A stretch of 64,000 nt of DNA, taken from the NCBI GenBank assembly GCA_050084985.1, contig JBITNC010000001.1, positions 178,374,001-178,438,000 on the forward strand, read 5' to 3'. The translations under genes were made by a program, and so were the position numbers. A model generated the notes under the pieces. The model made no database searches. It was not told the DNA's origin and saw only the letters and a list, made by a program, of their open reading frames with translations. Within the stretch, counting starts at the first letter, position 1. Each line of letters starts with the position of its first letter. The stretch comes from Nageia nagi (taxonomy: Eukaryota; Plantae; Pinophyta). Below are positions 52,532 through 64,000 of the stretch, piece by piece.

Positions 52532-54149
52532 TAAGGGACATAATCCAATGCTCCCAAAGCTACAATGAGTGAACATAGGGAGAAAGTGAACCACTAAGCA
52601 ATAATACCTTTGAAAATTATTGATGGATATGATAAAAATAATGCCAATGAAGATTGATTTTAAGACTATTTGGAAATATTTTGATGTGTTAACGAATATG
52701 AATGACCCCCAGTTGAATACACTCCAACTAGTGTGTGAAAAAGCTAATATAATGAAGGCAAAAGACATTTTGTAGATGTTAGAAAAGGATGGCTACCAAG
52801 CTACTCTACATATGTAAGCATGCCTAAATTGAAGGTTGCTAGGTTCTAGATGGATGCTGAAAGGAGCCATGATTTGTTTGAATTCATCAAGCTTGAAAGG
52901 CTTATGTCTATATGCATATAAGTGAAAAGACTGTGTCTTAGGTGCCACTGTGTGGATATTATAACTATTTTGTTATTAAGTCTTTTTTAATATTTTTTTT
53001 TTTGAATTTTTTTTTATAAAACTATTTCATATTTTATTTTTTGTTATTATACTTGCTTTGATGATTATGTTAGCTAACCAATATAAATAAGGTAATGATA
53101 ATTCATACTAATTGTTTGCATTATAATTTCATTAATAATTCACATCTAGGGTAAAATGTTATTTTGCATTGATATTTTATTTTTATTTTTATAAATTGAG
53201 AAAGATAATTACAAATCATGAAGGATAATTACAAGTTTAAGGTATAATTGTAGAGAACAATTTGCAAAGGGAAGGTGGGCAAATAAAAGTATGATATGTT
53301 ACAACACCAACTCTCAACTTGATCATATAAAACACTAAAATGCCCATGTTATGAAAGATTGAGTATTTTCAAACAACACTTAACTGTAGACATGAAAGAG
53401 AGACAATCTTCAAATAACATGTATATTGAAATATCCTATTAGGAAAATGATTATAGCCATCACAAACTTTCTACAAAAACCTACTATGCCATTTATGCTC
53501 CTTACCATAAATAATTTTGAATTGCTCGCATATAGCTCCATGCTAATGCCATAATACTATGGATGCAAGAAGATTATCTTTAGCACATATAGGTCTCATC
53601 AAATAGTTGGTAAAAAAATAAAAAATAGTTCAATCTTATATTCCATACCCCTAAAGTATGGCATTCATACTTGTTACCTCAAGGTGAATTTTGTCGTTAC
53701 TCGTATATCTATGAACATACTAGAACTTTGTATGTATATAATATTGTTCAATGAACATGCTTGCATATATTAGCCTAATATCCATTCCATCTCATGTCTA
53801 ATGAGTCCAAATAAAATCTATATACAATACATCTCAAGGCGTTATCCTATTGATAATATGACAATAGAGAAATATTAGGACACATAATTAGAAAATACCT
53901 CAATATTTGACAAACATAATACATTCCCTCTTATGATCGATTATATCACCATTTTTCTAAAGTACATGCTAGTGTAGGGTTGTAAACTTATGACTTGTGT
54001 AGAATTATATTTATAAACAACCATGGAATATGATCAAATATGCCCAACAAATTAAATATAAAAGATAAATGACATTTAGAGTCTAATTTTACTCTATCTA
54101 GATGAGGAAAAGTATATAGAAATCATGCTTACATATTTTAGACCTTCCA

Positions 54150-55862
54150 AGTTAAAATTGGTTGCAAAGTATGGTTGATATTGATTTGTTTTCCTCCTAT
54201 AGAATAACAACAACGAAGGCATCATATGTACCAAATTTATCTCAAATTAATAAGTTTAGGTCATCAAATAGTGATGTTTGTCATATGAATATTTCTTATT
54301 GAACTTGATCCAGAAATGAATGCTTCAAATTGATTTTCAAAATAAATTGAGAACAATTTTTTTATTTTGTTACTTCATCTCAAAGTAAAAACTCAAAGTT
54401 GGTTTTGCCATTAGAGGTATGGTAATTTAAGTTTCAAAAGTTTATAGAGTTTGGTTTGTAAAAAGATGGTTCTTGGAATATCAAACATTCAAAAAATGAA
54501 TGAGAAATAATGAGCATGTTGTTTGGGAAAGCATCATAGACATTATTTTTAAATAGGATGCAAGAGAGCTTCTTATCCTCTTCAACTTATGTATATTGAT
54601 TTATGCGAACCTAGGCAAATGGAAATCTTAGAAGGTAAGCTTTTTATCATGACTTTTGTTAATGATTGCATAAGGTTTACTTTCTTCATTACAAAAGTGA
54701 AGCTTTTGAGTTGTTCAAAAGGTTTGAAGATGTGGTTGAGAATGAAAGTGATAATATGATAAGTGTTTAAGAACCAATATAGGTGGAGAGTATAGAGCAA
54801 GAATCATTGAAATTTTTTTATGTTTACAATGGAATCAAAAGATGATATATAAATACATATATACCTCAATAAATGGGGTTGTCAAAATGAAACATAGAAG
54901 GTGGAGATTATTAGAAGTGTTATAAACTACAAGGGTTTCCTTATTATTATTTGTGTTAAAAGTTAGTTTTGCATGTTAATGTACTTTGAAAAGGAATCCT
55001 ACAATGGCATTGAGAAACACCACTCCTTATAAGGCTTGTTTGGTTTGAGACCAAGTGATACATTTTTGAGGAGTTTAGTTGCTCACATATGTACATGTTC
55101 ATGAAAAGATAAAAAATGATTTTAATGCAAAGATTGAGGCACATATATTTGTTAATCATAATAGACAAAGTAAAGGCTATATTTGTCAGTAATAATGGAC
55201 AAAGCAAAGGCTATAGATTTATCAATTCTAAAACAAGGGAATTGATTATTTCAAGAAATGTAATAATTGATGAAAGTGAATTGACTGAATATTAAAATGG
55301 GGAAATAAAAGAAGAGGCTATGAGAATTAAATGGAATGGATAAGGTTCTTCATCAAATTTAACAAGGTTCAAGATTAATTCAATGAGGAAAATGATCAAA
55401 TGTACATTAAGGAAAGAGGATTCTTCAAGTTCATCTTGATTGACACAAATTTTGGATAGCAGATTGCATGAAGTCAAACTAGATAAATCTTACATAATGA
55501 GGTAGTTGAGTTTGAGTTATTGTTATTAAATATAAATGTGAAATCAAGTAAATCTAAATAATCTTGTGATAACAAATAGTGTATGAAAGAAATAAGACTT
55601 TATTAAAAAGAAAATTTTCCATCCATTTCAAGACATGAAATGATAAAAATTTTGTTGGCTAAAGTGGAAATATAGGGATGGAAGGTACATCGATTGGCTA
55701 TGAAATCAACATTTCTCAATGGTTACTTGAAATACATTTATGTGGATCAATCACAAAGGTCTGAAATAAGAAGCAAAAAAGCATTATGTATACTAATTCA
55801 TGAAAACACTTGATAGTTTGATGCACCAAGGGTTTGGTACTGAAGAATTAATTCATATTTAT
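54150..55862 (+). mobile_element. Ty1/copia pol remnant (IN-RT), heavily decayed
   Basis: Motifs in copia order: ACCLGKHHR, LMYIDLCEP (LVH.DLCGP), TNIGGEY (TD.GGEY), PQ.NGV, TPYKA, SKGYRF, SRNVIIDE, GWKVH..AMKSTFLNG, IYVDQ.QG, APRVWY.RINSY. Confidence 0.85.
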
Positions 55863-55864
55863 GT

Positions 55865-57480
55865 TGAAGATGGAAGAGAAAAGATGCAATGGGTCAATAA
55901 TCAATAAACATTATCGGGAAAGAAATTTGTTTATACATTAAAGGATTTCCTATGTCCTTGAATGTATGGACTACATGTTCTATAGTTTTAGTAAATAATC
56001 AACTCAAATTAGCTTTAAATGTGGATCTCAATATTATTACAAAAACTTCCAAATATTTTTATTTTTGGCTTTTACATGATGTTTCAAGGAAACATGCATA
56101 ATTTCCTTGAATTTTCCATTGAAGGAGCTATTTGATTTAGTAGTGATCATGTTCCATCATACAACTATTTATAGGTAAATTGAAAAATGCTAGAGTTAAC
56201 ATTCATATACATTGTATTTGACTTAATTTGATTGAATTTGTTTGATTTTTTATTATGTTGTCTGATCTTTTACATTAGAAAGTGTTTTGAACATGTTTTA
56301 GGAGGTCATAGGGTCGATTCTGACCAAGTCATGATAACATATATGATAAGTTCAATGTTAAAAAACCTTAATTTATTTCCTTAAGTTGCATGTGGCTACC
56401 AACTTATGAAATTTGTAGATATGAATAATGAATTCCTTATTCATTTTATTTCAATCATGTTTTGTTATATTTATTTTTTGGATGACAAAGGGAGATGTTA
56501 TTTTGTTTCTTAGAGTACCCAAAATGAATCTAGTGTAAATACAATTTGGAATGATGTTGAAGAGTTTTATTGAAATTTATCCTTTGATCTATAAATCATG
56601 GCTCAAATTATCAATATATTTTTTATTTTGAAGTTAAACAATGTTAACAGATATTATTGATATTTGACACATGCAATAATTATTTATTCATCATGAAAAT
56701 TGTTCAATATCCAAAAAAGTTCTTCCACTAATAAATTATGCAAAAAATGATTTATGAAGTTTTATGTTACATAGTTAAAGAGCTTTCTTTGTTTACTAGT
56801 ATCATTGCTAACATGATTCTCTAGTTATATCTATCTCCTTCCACTATCATTTGGAGATACCAATGACATCACCAACCAAAATGATCTCCAAGATGACAAA
56901 GGAATATATTTTAATAAATAAGATGATTATCCTTTTCCAAAAAGGGATTAGGGTTGACCATGCTTTGGAAAACATCTATAACATATTTTAAATCTCAAAT
57001 GGCTTTGCAATCTTGAATTTCTTTTGTCATGTACTTAGTGTTAGTTGAGAGGACATTTGTTTGAAAACTTGGTTAAGTGAACTTTATGTGCTTATAATCT
57101 TTATAAACTTGATTTTGGAAATTGATTGACCTTATTGTATGATGAAACAATAAAAACAAGAATTTATTTACATTGTTACAAAGTAATTCCATTTACAAAG
57201 CCTAGAAACTTTTAAAATTTTAAGAGCAAAATATAGAATGATCTACTTTATAAAAATGTAATCCAATTAATGTCTTCTTCCTACCTTGTAATGTAGTTTG
57301 CATACTTTGAAACTTGTATGAATTGTTGAAAAACAAAAGTGATTAATTATATATTATTTACATTTGGCATGAAATAATTTACTATTCTCTGGTATGATTG
57401 AGATATTAGATGTGAACACTAAGATTACAAAAAGTTGAAAAAAAATGAACTATACATATTTAAGTTAGAGAAGAGAAGTA
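55865..57480 (+). pseudogene. Decayed duplicate of the CNX3 last codons, 3' UTR and 3' flank (homologous to ~44883-46310)
   Basis: GAAGATGGAAGAGAAAAGATGCAATGGGTCAATAATCAATAAA aligns to GAAGATGGGAGGGAAAAGTGGAAACTGGGTCAGAAATTAATAGAA. Collinear matches continue (GAATTTTCCAT, AAGTTGCATGT.GCTA, TATTTGACACATGCAA, TTGACCATGCTTTGG, ATGTGCTTATAATCTT, TTCCTACCTT). Confidence 0.85.
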
Positions 57481-57900
57481 CTATTGGTTTAAAAATATTA
57501 TGCAACAATATAATTTTTGTAAAAAATATCCTCTAATCGAAAAACATCTAAAATTAGCTAAGTAATGATCATTTTTTAGTGGAAGTAATTATATGTGGTC
57601 TTTTCCCTAACATAGTAACTATTGTGAATAAATAAATATGAGACCATATAAGTTGGTCATTTAAAAAAAGTTAGATGGATACTTGAAATTTCCATCAAAC
57701 CAAGGATTTAAGAATGTTATAAATAATAAAATATCAAATTATGACTATTCATAGAGGAACACATACTTAATAAGTTGCTTCAAAAAGAATATTGATCAAA
57801 ACATGTAGATGACCATGTAATTTTTGGCCAAATAACATATTACACTTCAAAATTTTGGCTTGTAAATATTTTATAATTATTTTTGTTTATAAGAGGGATG

Positions 57901-59150
57901 TAGGGAGATTGATAAAATATGTTTTCAATGTATCCTCCTACTCTCTAACTCTTTTTGTGGAAGTTTGTTAGAAAAAAAATTAGATAGTAGGATGTTGGAT
58001 AACTACTTTTGGAGGGCTATAAAGAGGATCTCATTCTACTCATTTTGTACCCTTTTTGGGTGGTAAAAAAATAATACAAATTTTATGCATGATTTATTAT
58101 CCATATGATGTGCATGCAAATGGATTTTGAGTTTCATTTAATAAGGTTTAATATTCAATTTCTAGCTATTTATAATTGCATCCAATCCTAGGTGTAATTT
58201 TCATAATTGAAACAACTTTATCATTTCTTTATTTTCTAGCTTTTTATTTTAAGAATTTATTTAGGAAACAATATTGGAATGTATGGGATTCACTTTACTT
58301 TTATTGAAAGTTAGAATTAAGTTTTGTTGCAAACTCTAGACTCTAAATTGTGTAAAATACAAATATACACAATAAATAAAATGATCTACAATATAAGAAG
58401 AGATAGGTACATACACTATATCAGATACAATAAATATACATGAAAAGCATGCACTTAATATGAAGTGTATGTACAATCCTCAAAAGTAGATAGCAATGAA
58501 TCTTCAGAGGATTGGGATTGGATTGGAGGCAAGCTAGTGATGAATCTTCGTGTACACAAATCAACAACTCAACCATCAAAATATAAAACTCTCAATATAG
58601 AAGATGCACTCCACTTAAGGCCTAAGAGAAGCACACCACTAGCTACATGAGATATGTAGAATTATGTTATGCACCAAAGATAGAAATTCTAGAGCTTAGA
58701 TTATAACAAATTCTCATGATAGGTAGCATCCAAAGATACCATTACAGTCAACAACCACCTATCAGAGTTCTTATCATATCAAAGAGTTATGATCTATGGA
58801 AATAAACCTATTCCACCTATATTTATAGCCTATAAAGGACATAAAGAGGAATGAGACTGACTCCCAACACTAATAATAGTCTTTGTTTTATTCAAGATAA
58901 ATTAAAATATGAGCCATGATAAATGATTTTCATTAGTCCTAGCACATGGTATTTCATTGTAATATCAATTTTATCTTGATGCATGTATTATTGCCATTAA
59001 TAGTCTAAATATGATTTATTAAATAAATAATAAATCATATTTAGGTATATACACAAACTATGTTGAGCTTTTATGAAACCATTCTATGAGCTTTTGAAAC
59101 ATACTACATGTAATTTTTAGTAATTTGTTCCTTGGTTCAAGGAAGCTTAA
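57901..59150 (+). repeat. Direct repeat of 61487-61970 (interrupted by a solo LTR)
   Basis: Shared GGAGGGCTATAAAGAGGATCTCATTCTACTCATTTTGTAC, ATGCAAATGGATTTTGAGTTTCATTTAA and TATGTTGAGCTTTTATGAA...AAGGAAGCTTAA. Confidence 0.9.
58335..59053. mobile_element. Solo LTR (719 bp) with 5-bp TSD
   Basis: Absent from the homologous site at ~61875 (GTTG-TAAAG-TATGTTGAGC). Flanked by CAAAC at 58330-58334 and 59054-59058. Ends are TCTAGAC (decayed TGTA..) and ..TATACA. Confidence 0.8.
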
Positions 59151-60659
59151 TGTTATGTAAAATATTAACACCCCTTTGAATAATGCATTCAAACTTGTGT
59201 CACCAAGTGCTAACCCTCCACGGTATCAATATAAAATATAATATTATCAGACTATAACCTCCACTTTAGGTAGTTTAAATTATTCTACAATGATAATAGA
59301 CTCATTAATACATCAAATGTCCTAGGATTGTAACCCCTATTTGATATCTCCTACAGATTATGTGTTAAGCCCTGAGATCACTAATTTATTAAACTTTAAA
59401 AAGGGAAATACAATTTGTTTGAGAGAAAATGACCTAAATATCTCCTAACAAGTTTATCCTAGAATACATACCAATGCCTTGTACATTGAGTAACAAAGTA
59501 TTAAAAGTATGGAGAAAGGATGAAGCAATAAGAAAACTAAATCCATTTTCAATCACTTAGCAACTAAATGATGTGAGTTTAAGTATTGAATAATGTAAGA
59601 GGAAGCATTCACTTATTATTTGATACTTATAATAACAAATGAAATATAAATAACACCATATAACTTAAGCTTAAAAAAATATAATAGAGAAAGTATCCTT
59701 GAATACCATAATCAAATTCTTACATCATTATATCAAACAAAAACTTGCTACAATATCATAATGTATCTTCAATTACAATCTTGGAGAGTTTTCCCAAATA
59801 ATGTGACAAATCTCTAGCAAAAACACTTATACCTAACCTATAATACTTGAGAGTTGGGTGAAATAGGGAACATAGTTATAACATTGCTTCTTTGGAAAAT
59901 CTCCTAAAAAACCAAGTGATATGATGATTCAAAAATGATGGAAGACACAAGGAAAAAGAAAATTGCAGATAAAATCTAAGTAGAGCATCAAAATTTACCT
60001 AGCTAGCTTTGAAAATGGGTAAAAGATCTAAATCTTAAATAGTTTCTCCTTCATAAAAATGTCATTGAAATATCCATGATGAGAAAAAATAACTGATCCT
60101 TTCGTTGCACTGGCTATGGTGTATTTGATTGATATAATTTCAGGAAGTAGTGGGAGATGAGATCTTTATTTTGAATAAAAGATGAGCATGGTATTTTCCA
60201 AAAAGCCTCCTACTATTAGTTGCCATTTGTACTTTGAGAATATATTTTTTATTTTTTCAAATTCCATTTGTACACCATCTAAACAAATATTTTTATTTTT
60301 TATTTTTTTTTATTTTTAAAAAATAACTTTCAATTCCCAATTTGAGCCTTTGATTTATGCATGGCTTGGAGTGCTTTATCTCTCAAGTCCTACTCTTCTT
60401 GGGTAAAGTATATAAGTATTTGTAATTCATACCCAATACAAATAAGATTTTTTTGATATGAAAGGAGTGTATTCGATGATGTAACTATTTATCCGATACT
60501 TTTAACTCTTATTTGATACTTTGGAAATTATTATGAACCAATATTAGCTTATCTGACCTAATTTTATTTATTTAGATTCTCTAACATTTTTTCAATAGAT
60601 ATATGATATAAATACCTTTCCAATGCTTCAAACATAAATTCAAATGGATATTTATGTTC

Positions 60660-61495
60660 AAATATATGACCTTTATAATTTGACTGATCATGTAAACCTT
60701 TTCTCCATTAGGTAAGTCATACCTGACCACAAACATATTATCTAGTATACTTATTCTATTTAAAATGCTTTTAAATTTTACCATACATTATTTTCTTCAT
60801 CCTTTTGCTTATGCAATAATAATTAGATCAAAAAGATTCATATTTCAAAGAAATATGACCTTTTTAAGTTGATTGTATTGGATAAAACTCAAAAGCCATT
60901 GAGTAAGCAACATTCTCATCACATAAGCATTTTAAGTGACTAAAAGTACTCCAAATGAGCTAAAATTAAACCATATATTTATGAATTTAGTTTTAACCAT
61001 ATTAAAAAATAATAACATGATTTGAATTGTATTTTTGGAGATATAACTTTCTAAAGTTGAATATTTGAAATAACACTTGAATTCCATCGGGTAAGCATCA
61101 TCTATGTAGGGTAAATATTTTCAGTGTCTAAAAGTATTCCAAATTAGCTAGAATTTGAACCACATATTCTTGGCTTCATCCTTAACCATATGAAAAATGA
61201 ATCAGGTCAAACAAATTAACATTTTAAGATATATGGATTTCTTAAGTTATTTGTAATAGAAAACACTCAAAAGCCATCGACTAAGTACCATTATCATATG
61301 AAAAGCATTTAAAGTATTTAAATGTATTCCAAATGAGCTTAAAATTGCACCAAATATTTTTGACTTCATTTGTAACCATATTGAAAAAGAATTTCATGAT
61401 TTAAAGTTTTATTTTGGGAGATATGGCTCTATTAAGTTGACTATGTAAAATAACACCTAAATTCCATTAGGCAAGCATCATATGTATAGGGAAAT
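60660..61495. repeat. Diverged ~189-bp tandem array (~4.5 units)
   Basis: CCAAAT(G/T)AGCT recurs at 60951, 61139 and 61329. ATAT(G/A)..TT..TAAGTT and TAACCATAT recur at the same period. Confidence 0.8.
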
Positions 61496-61970
61496 TGATA
61501 AAACATGTCAATGTATCATCCTACTATCTACCTCTTTTTATGAATAACTACTTTGGGAGGGCTATAAAGAGGATCTCATTCTACTCATTTTGTACTTTTT
61601 TTGGAGGCCAAAAATTAATACAAATTTTATGCATTCTTTATTATCTATCTTATCTACATGCAAATGGATTTTGAGTTTCATTTAACAAGGTTTAATATTC
61701 ATTATCTAGCTATTTATAATTGCATCGAGTCTTAGGTGTAATTTTGATAAGTGAAGTAACTTTATCATTTATTTATTTTTTAACTTTTTCTTCTAATAAA
61801 TTATTTAGGAAACAATATTGGAATGTATGGTGTTCAATTTAGTTTTATAGAAAGTTAGAATTATGTTTTGTTGTAAAGTATGTTGAGCTTTTATGAAGCT
61901 ATTCTATGAGCTTTTGAAATATACTACATGCAATTTTTAGTAATTTGTTCCTTGGTTTAAGGAAGCTTAA
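61487..61970 (+). repeat. Direct repeat of 57901-59150 (empty-site copy)
   Basis: Same shared blocks as 57901-59150, without the solo LTR. Confidence 0.9.
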
Positions 61971-63393
61971 ATAGTTGGATTTTTTAAGGTAACCCATATT
62001 TTGAGATAGTCAACAACATAGGATCAAAGCTTTGAAAGATATACATTTTATGATTAAACAAATCAAGAGTTGAATTGACTTTAAATATATTTATTTTTGT
62101 TTTTTAGGTGAACAAAAAAGTTTTGATATCTTCTATTACATGAGTAGAATAGGGGAGATATTTTGGCATAGTATTAATTAATGAATAACAAATGTGTGAT
62201 TCCATTTTGGAGTCCATACAATCTATATTTTAGGTGTATAATAAAAAAATGCATAAGTAATAAATTGAAGCACTATTTCTCCACAATATAATATTGAAGC
62301 ATATATCAGAAATATGTGAATAAACAAACATGATAAATGAGGTAACTTCATCATATCTACATCCAAATGAAATAACAAGAATCATACATCAATCACAATA
62401 GTATATCATAAGAAATAAATGCTGGTAATGACCTAGGAGCATGTCATTAATGACCTAAAAGATGTAGATCCATGAATAGAAATTGAAATGTACAAAAGCA
62501 AGATGAAGGGCATAGCAAATCTATGATGATGTGGTATTACAAAAAATCATTATTGATTAGTTATAATGATATTGCATGTATTTGATTATGGACCCCTATG
62601 ATGTCATTGTTTTGTCTTTGATATTCTCTTATAGCAACATTTTGATCCTCTTTGGTCCTTGGGATCATTGCATATTACATTGTTTATGGTGTCTTTCTTG
62701 ATATTTAAAACCTCTTACATTATACAATGGTCCATTACATTTATTACATTACCTTGGGTATATTTAGACCCCTTTTTATAATAAATATTCCTTGATGCTA
62801 TAAAAAAAACTATTTAATACAATACTTTTTTTTTTTAGGCATCTACATTTTTCCCATGTTTGGAGGTGTGATTGAAGAAATGAGATTACATATCCAAAGA
62901 AGAAGTATAGAAGAATTTTTATTGAAATATTTGAGTTCTTCATATAACACTACCATTTGATGATGAGGGTCCTTTGCTACCCCCTTTTGACTTGGTTTCC
63001 CCAAGAAATCTCCTTGAGTAGTGCAATCAAGAAAAAATATGAAAAATGCATCTTTTTTCCCCTTGCACTAGCCAACCATGAGTCTGGTCATTCCTTCATA
63101 TTTGATACTCTAACATCTAATGCTCTTACATACATTCCTTATTACAGAACTGATCCTTTGATTTCATATTTCATTTTTTTGATATGAACATCACTAACAA
63201 CATGCAAATAGTTTGGAACATCTCTAACAATGTGAATTTTTCTTCATTTGGTTTTCTGCTTTTCATGTAGGTACTTGTAAAAAGTGTTAGAAATACCTTT
63301 CATGAAAATATTTTGGATACATAGTGAGTTGAATCATACATTGATGATGAATCAATGTTAACAATCTACTTACGACTACATATTCAATTTGTC

Positions 63394-63665
63394 TTTTAAG
63401 TAAGTGTACTCTTGCTATATCAATAGCTATCAATGGTCATACATTTTATGTCTATAACCTTGAGATATTATCCTTTTTATGGTAAAAAATAAAATCATGT
63501 GGATACACAACAAGTTGCATTATCCATTGAGGATGAATCAATATCAAGAATCTTACTAACAACTGCATCATTGGTTTAACCTTTAAGTGAGTGAACTCTC
63601 ACTAGTCATATCGATGGCCATCAATGACCTAGTATTTTTATGTCCATGGTCCAAAGATATTATAC
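63394..63665. repeat. Diverged ~80-bp direct repeat with ~190-bp spacing
   Basis: CTTTTAAGTAAGTGTACTCT...ATCAATGGTC...TTTTATGTC...AGATATTAT at 63394 versus CTTTAAGTGAGTGAACTCT...ATCAATGACC...TTTTATGTC...AGATATTAT at 63581. Confidence 0.55.
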
Positions 63666-64000
63666 TATATTTTTATTATTCTATTTTTTTTCATGCTAAT
63701 AATGGCATGCATATAGTAATGCATAACATAAACAACATTGTAACAACCCAAGAAATTATAGAAATAAAAATGAAACATAAAAGTATATGTACCTTATACA
63801 AGATATTTAGTATTTTGCAAAGTATAGAGCTACTATCTTATGCAAAGAAGCATTTGAAATATGTGTGGCATTGAAGGTTTTTGGTTATTATTTTCCATAC
63901 ATGGATGATCCCCTGTAAGCTCTTAATCTTATTACTTCAATAACAATAAATGGACCTATCCAATTTAGTTCAAACTTTCCTTTTGCTTCATCATTTGCAA

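Noticed and set aside
59151-59800. Possible copia 3' end on the minus strand (PPT-like AAAGGGGGTGTTA near 59166-59178)
   Set aside because: Coding motifs are too decayed to confirm.
1564-63874. Remaining 60-130 aa ORFs in the track
   Set aside because: They are antisense or off-frame to TE domains, or low-complexity AT-rich frames without motifs or splice support.

Overview
AT-rich, CpG-depleted plant nuclear DNA. The repeat landscape suggests a large-genome gymnosperm, which is an inference. There is one intact host coding exon: the terminal MoaC-domain exon of CNX3 (cPMP synthase, molybdenum cofactor biosynthesis) at 44336-44923 (+). Its upstream exon(s) could not be placed with confidence. 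Upstream and antisense lie an intron-containing GH35 beta-galactosidase pseudogene (about 25.2-28.2 kb) and a roughly 3.5-kb direct duplication carrying unidentified exon-like fragments and LINE ORF1 remnants. A decayed second copy of the CNX3 3' end lies at about 55.9-57.5 kb. The rest is layered transposon debris: a structurally complete but dead CRM-like Ty3/gypsy element (46396-52531) and a truncated sibling (9814-14364), other gypsy, copia and LINE fragments, a non-autonomous copia-derived LTR element with a perfect TSD, a solo LTR, MITEs and tandem repeats. I found no convincing evidence of a new biological system; the findings concern genome structure and history. All alignments and identities were judged by eye.
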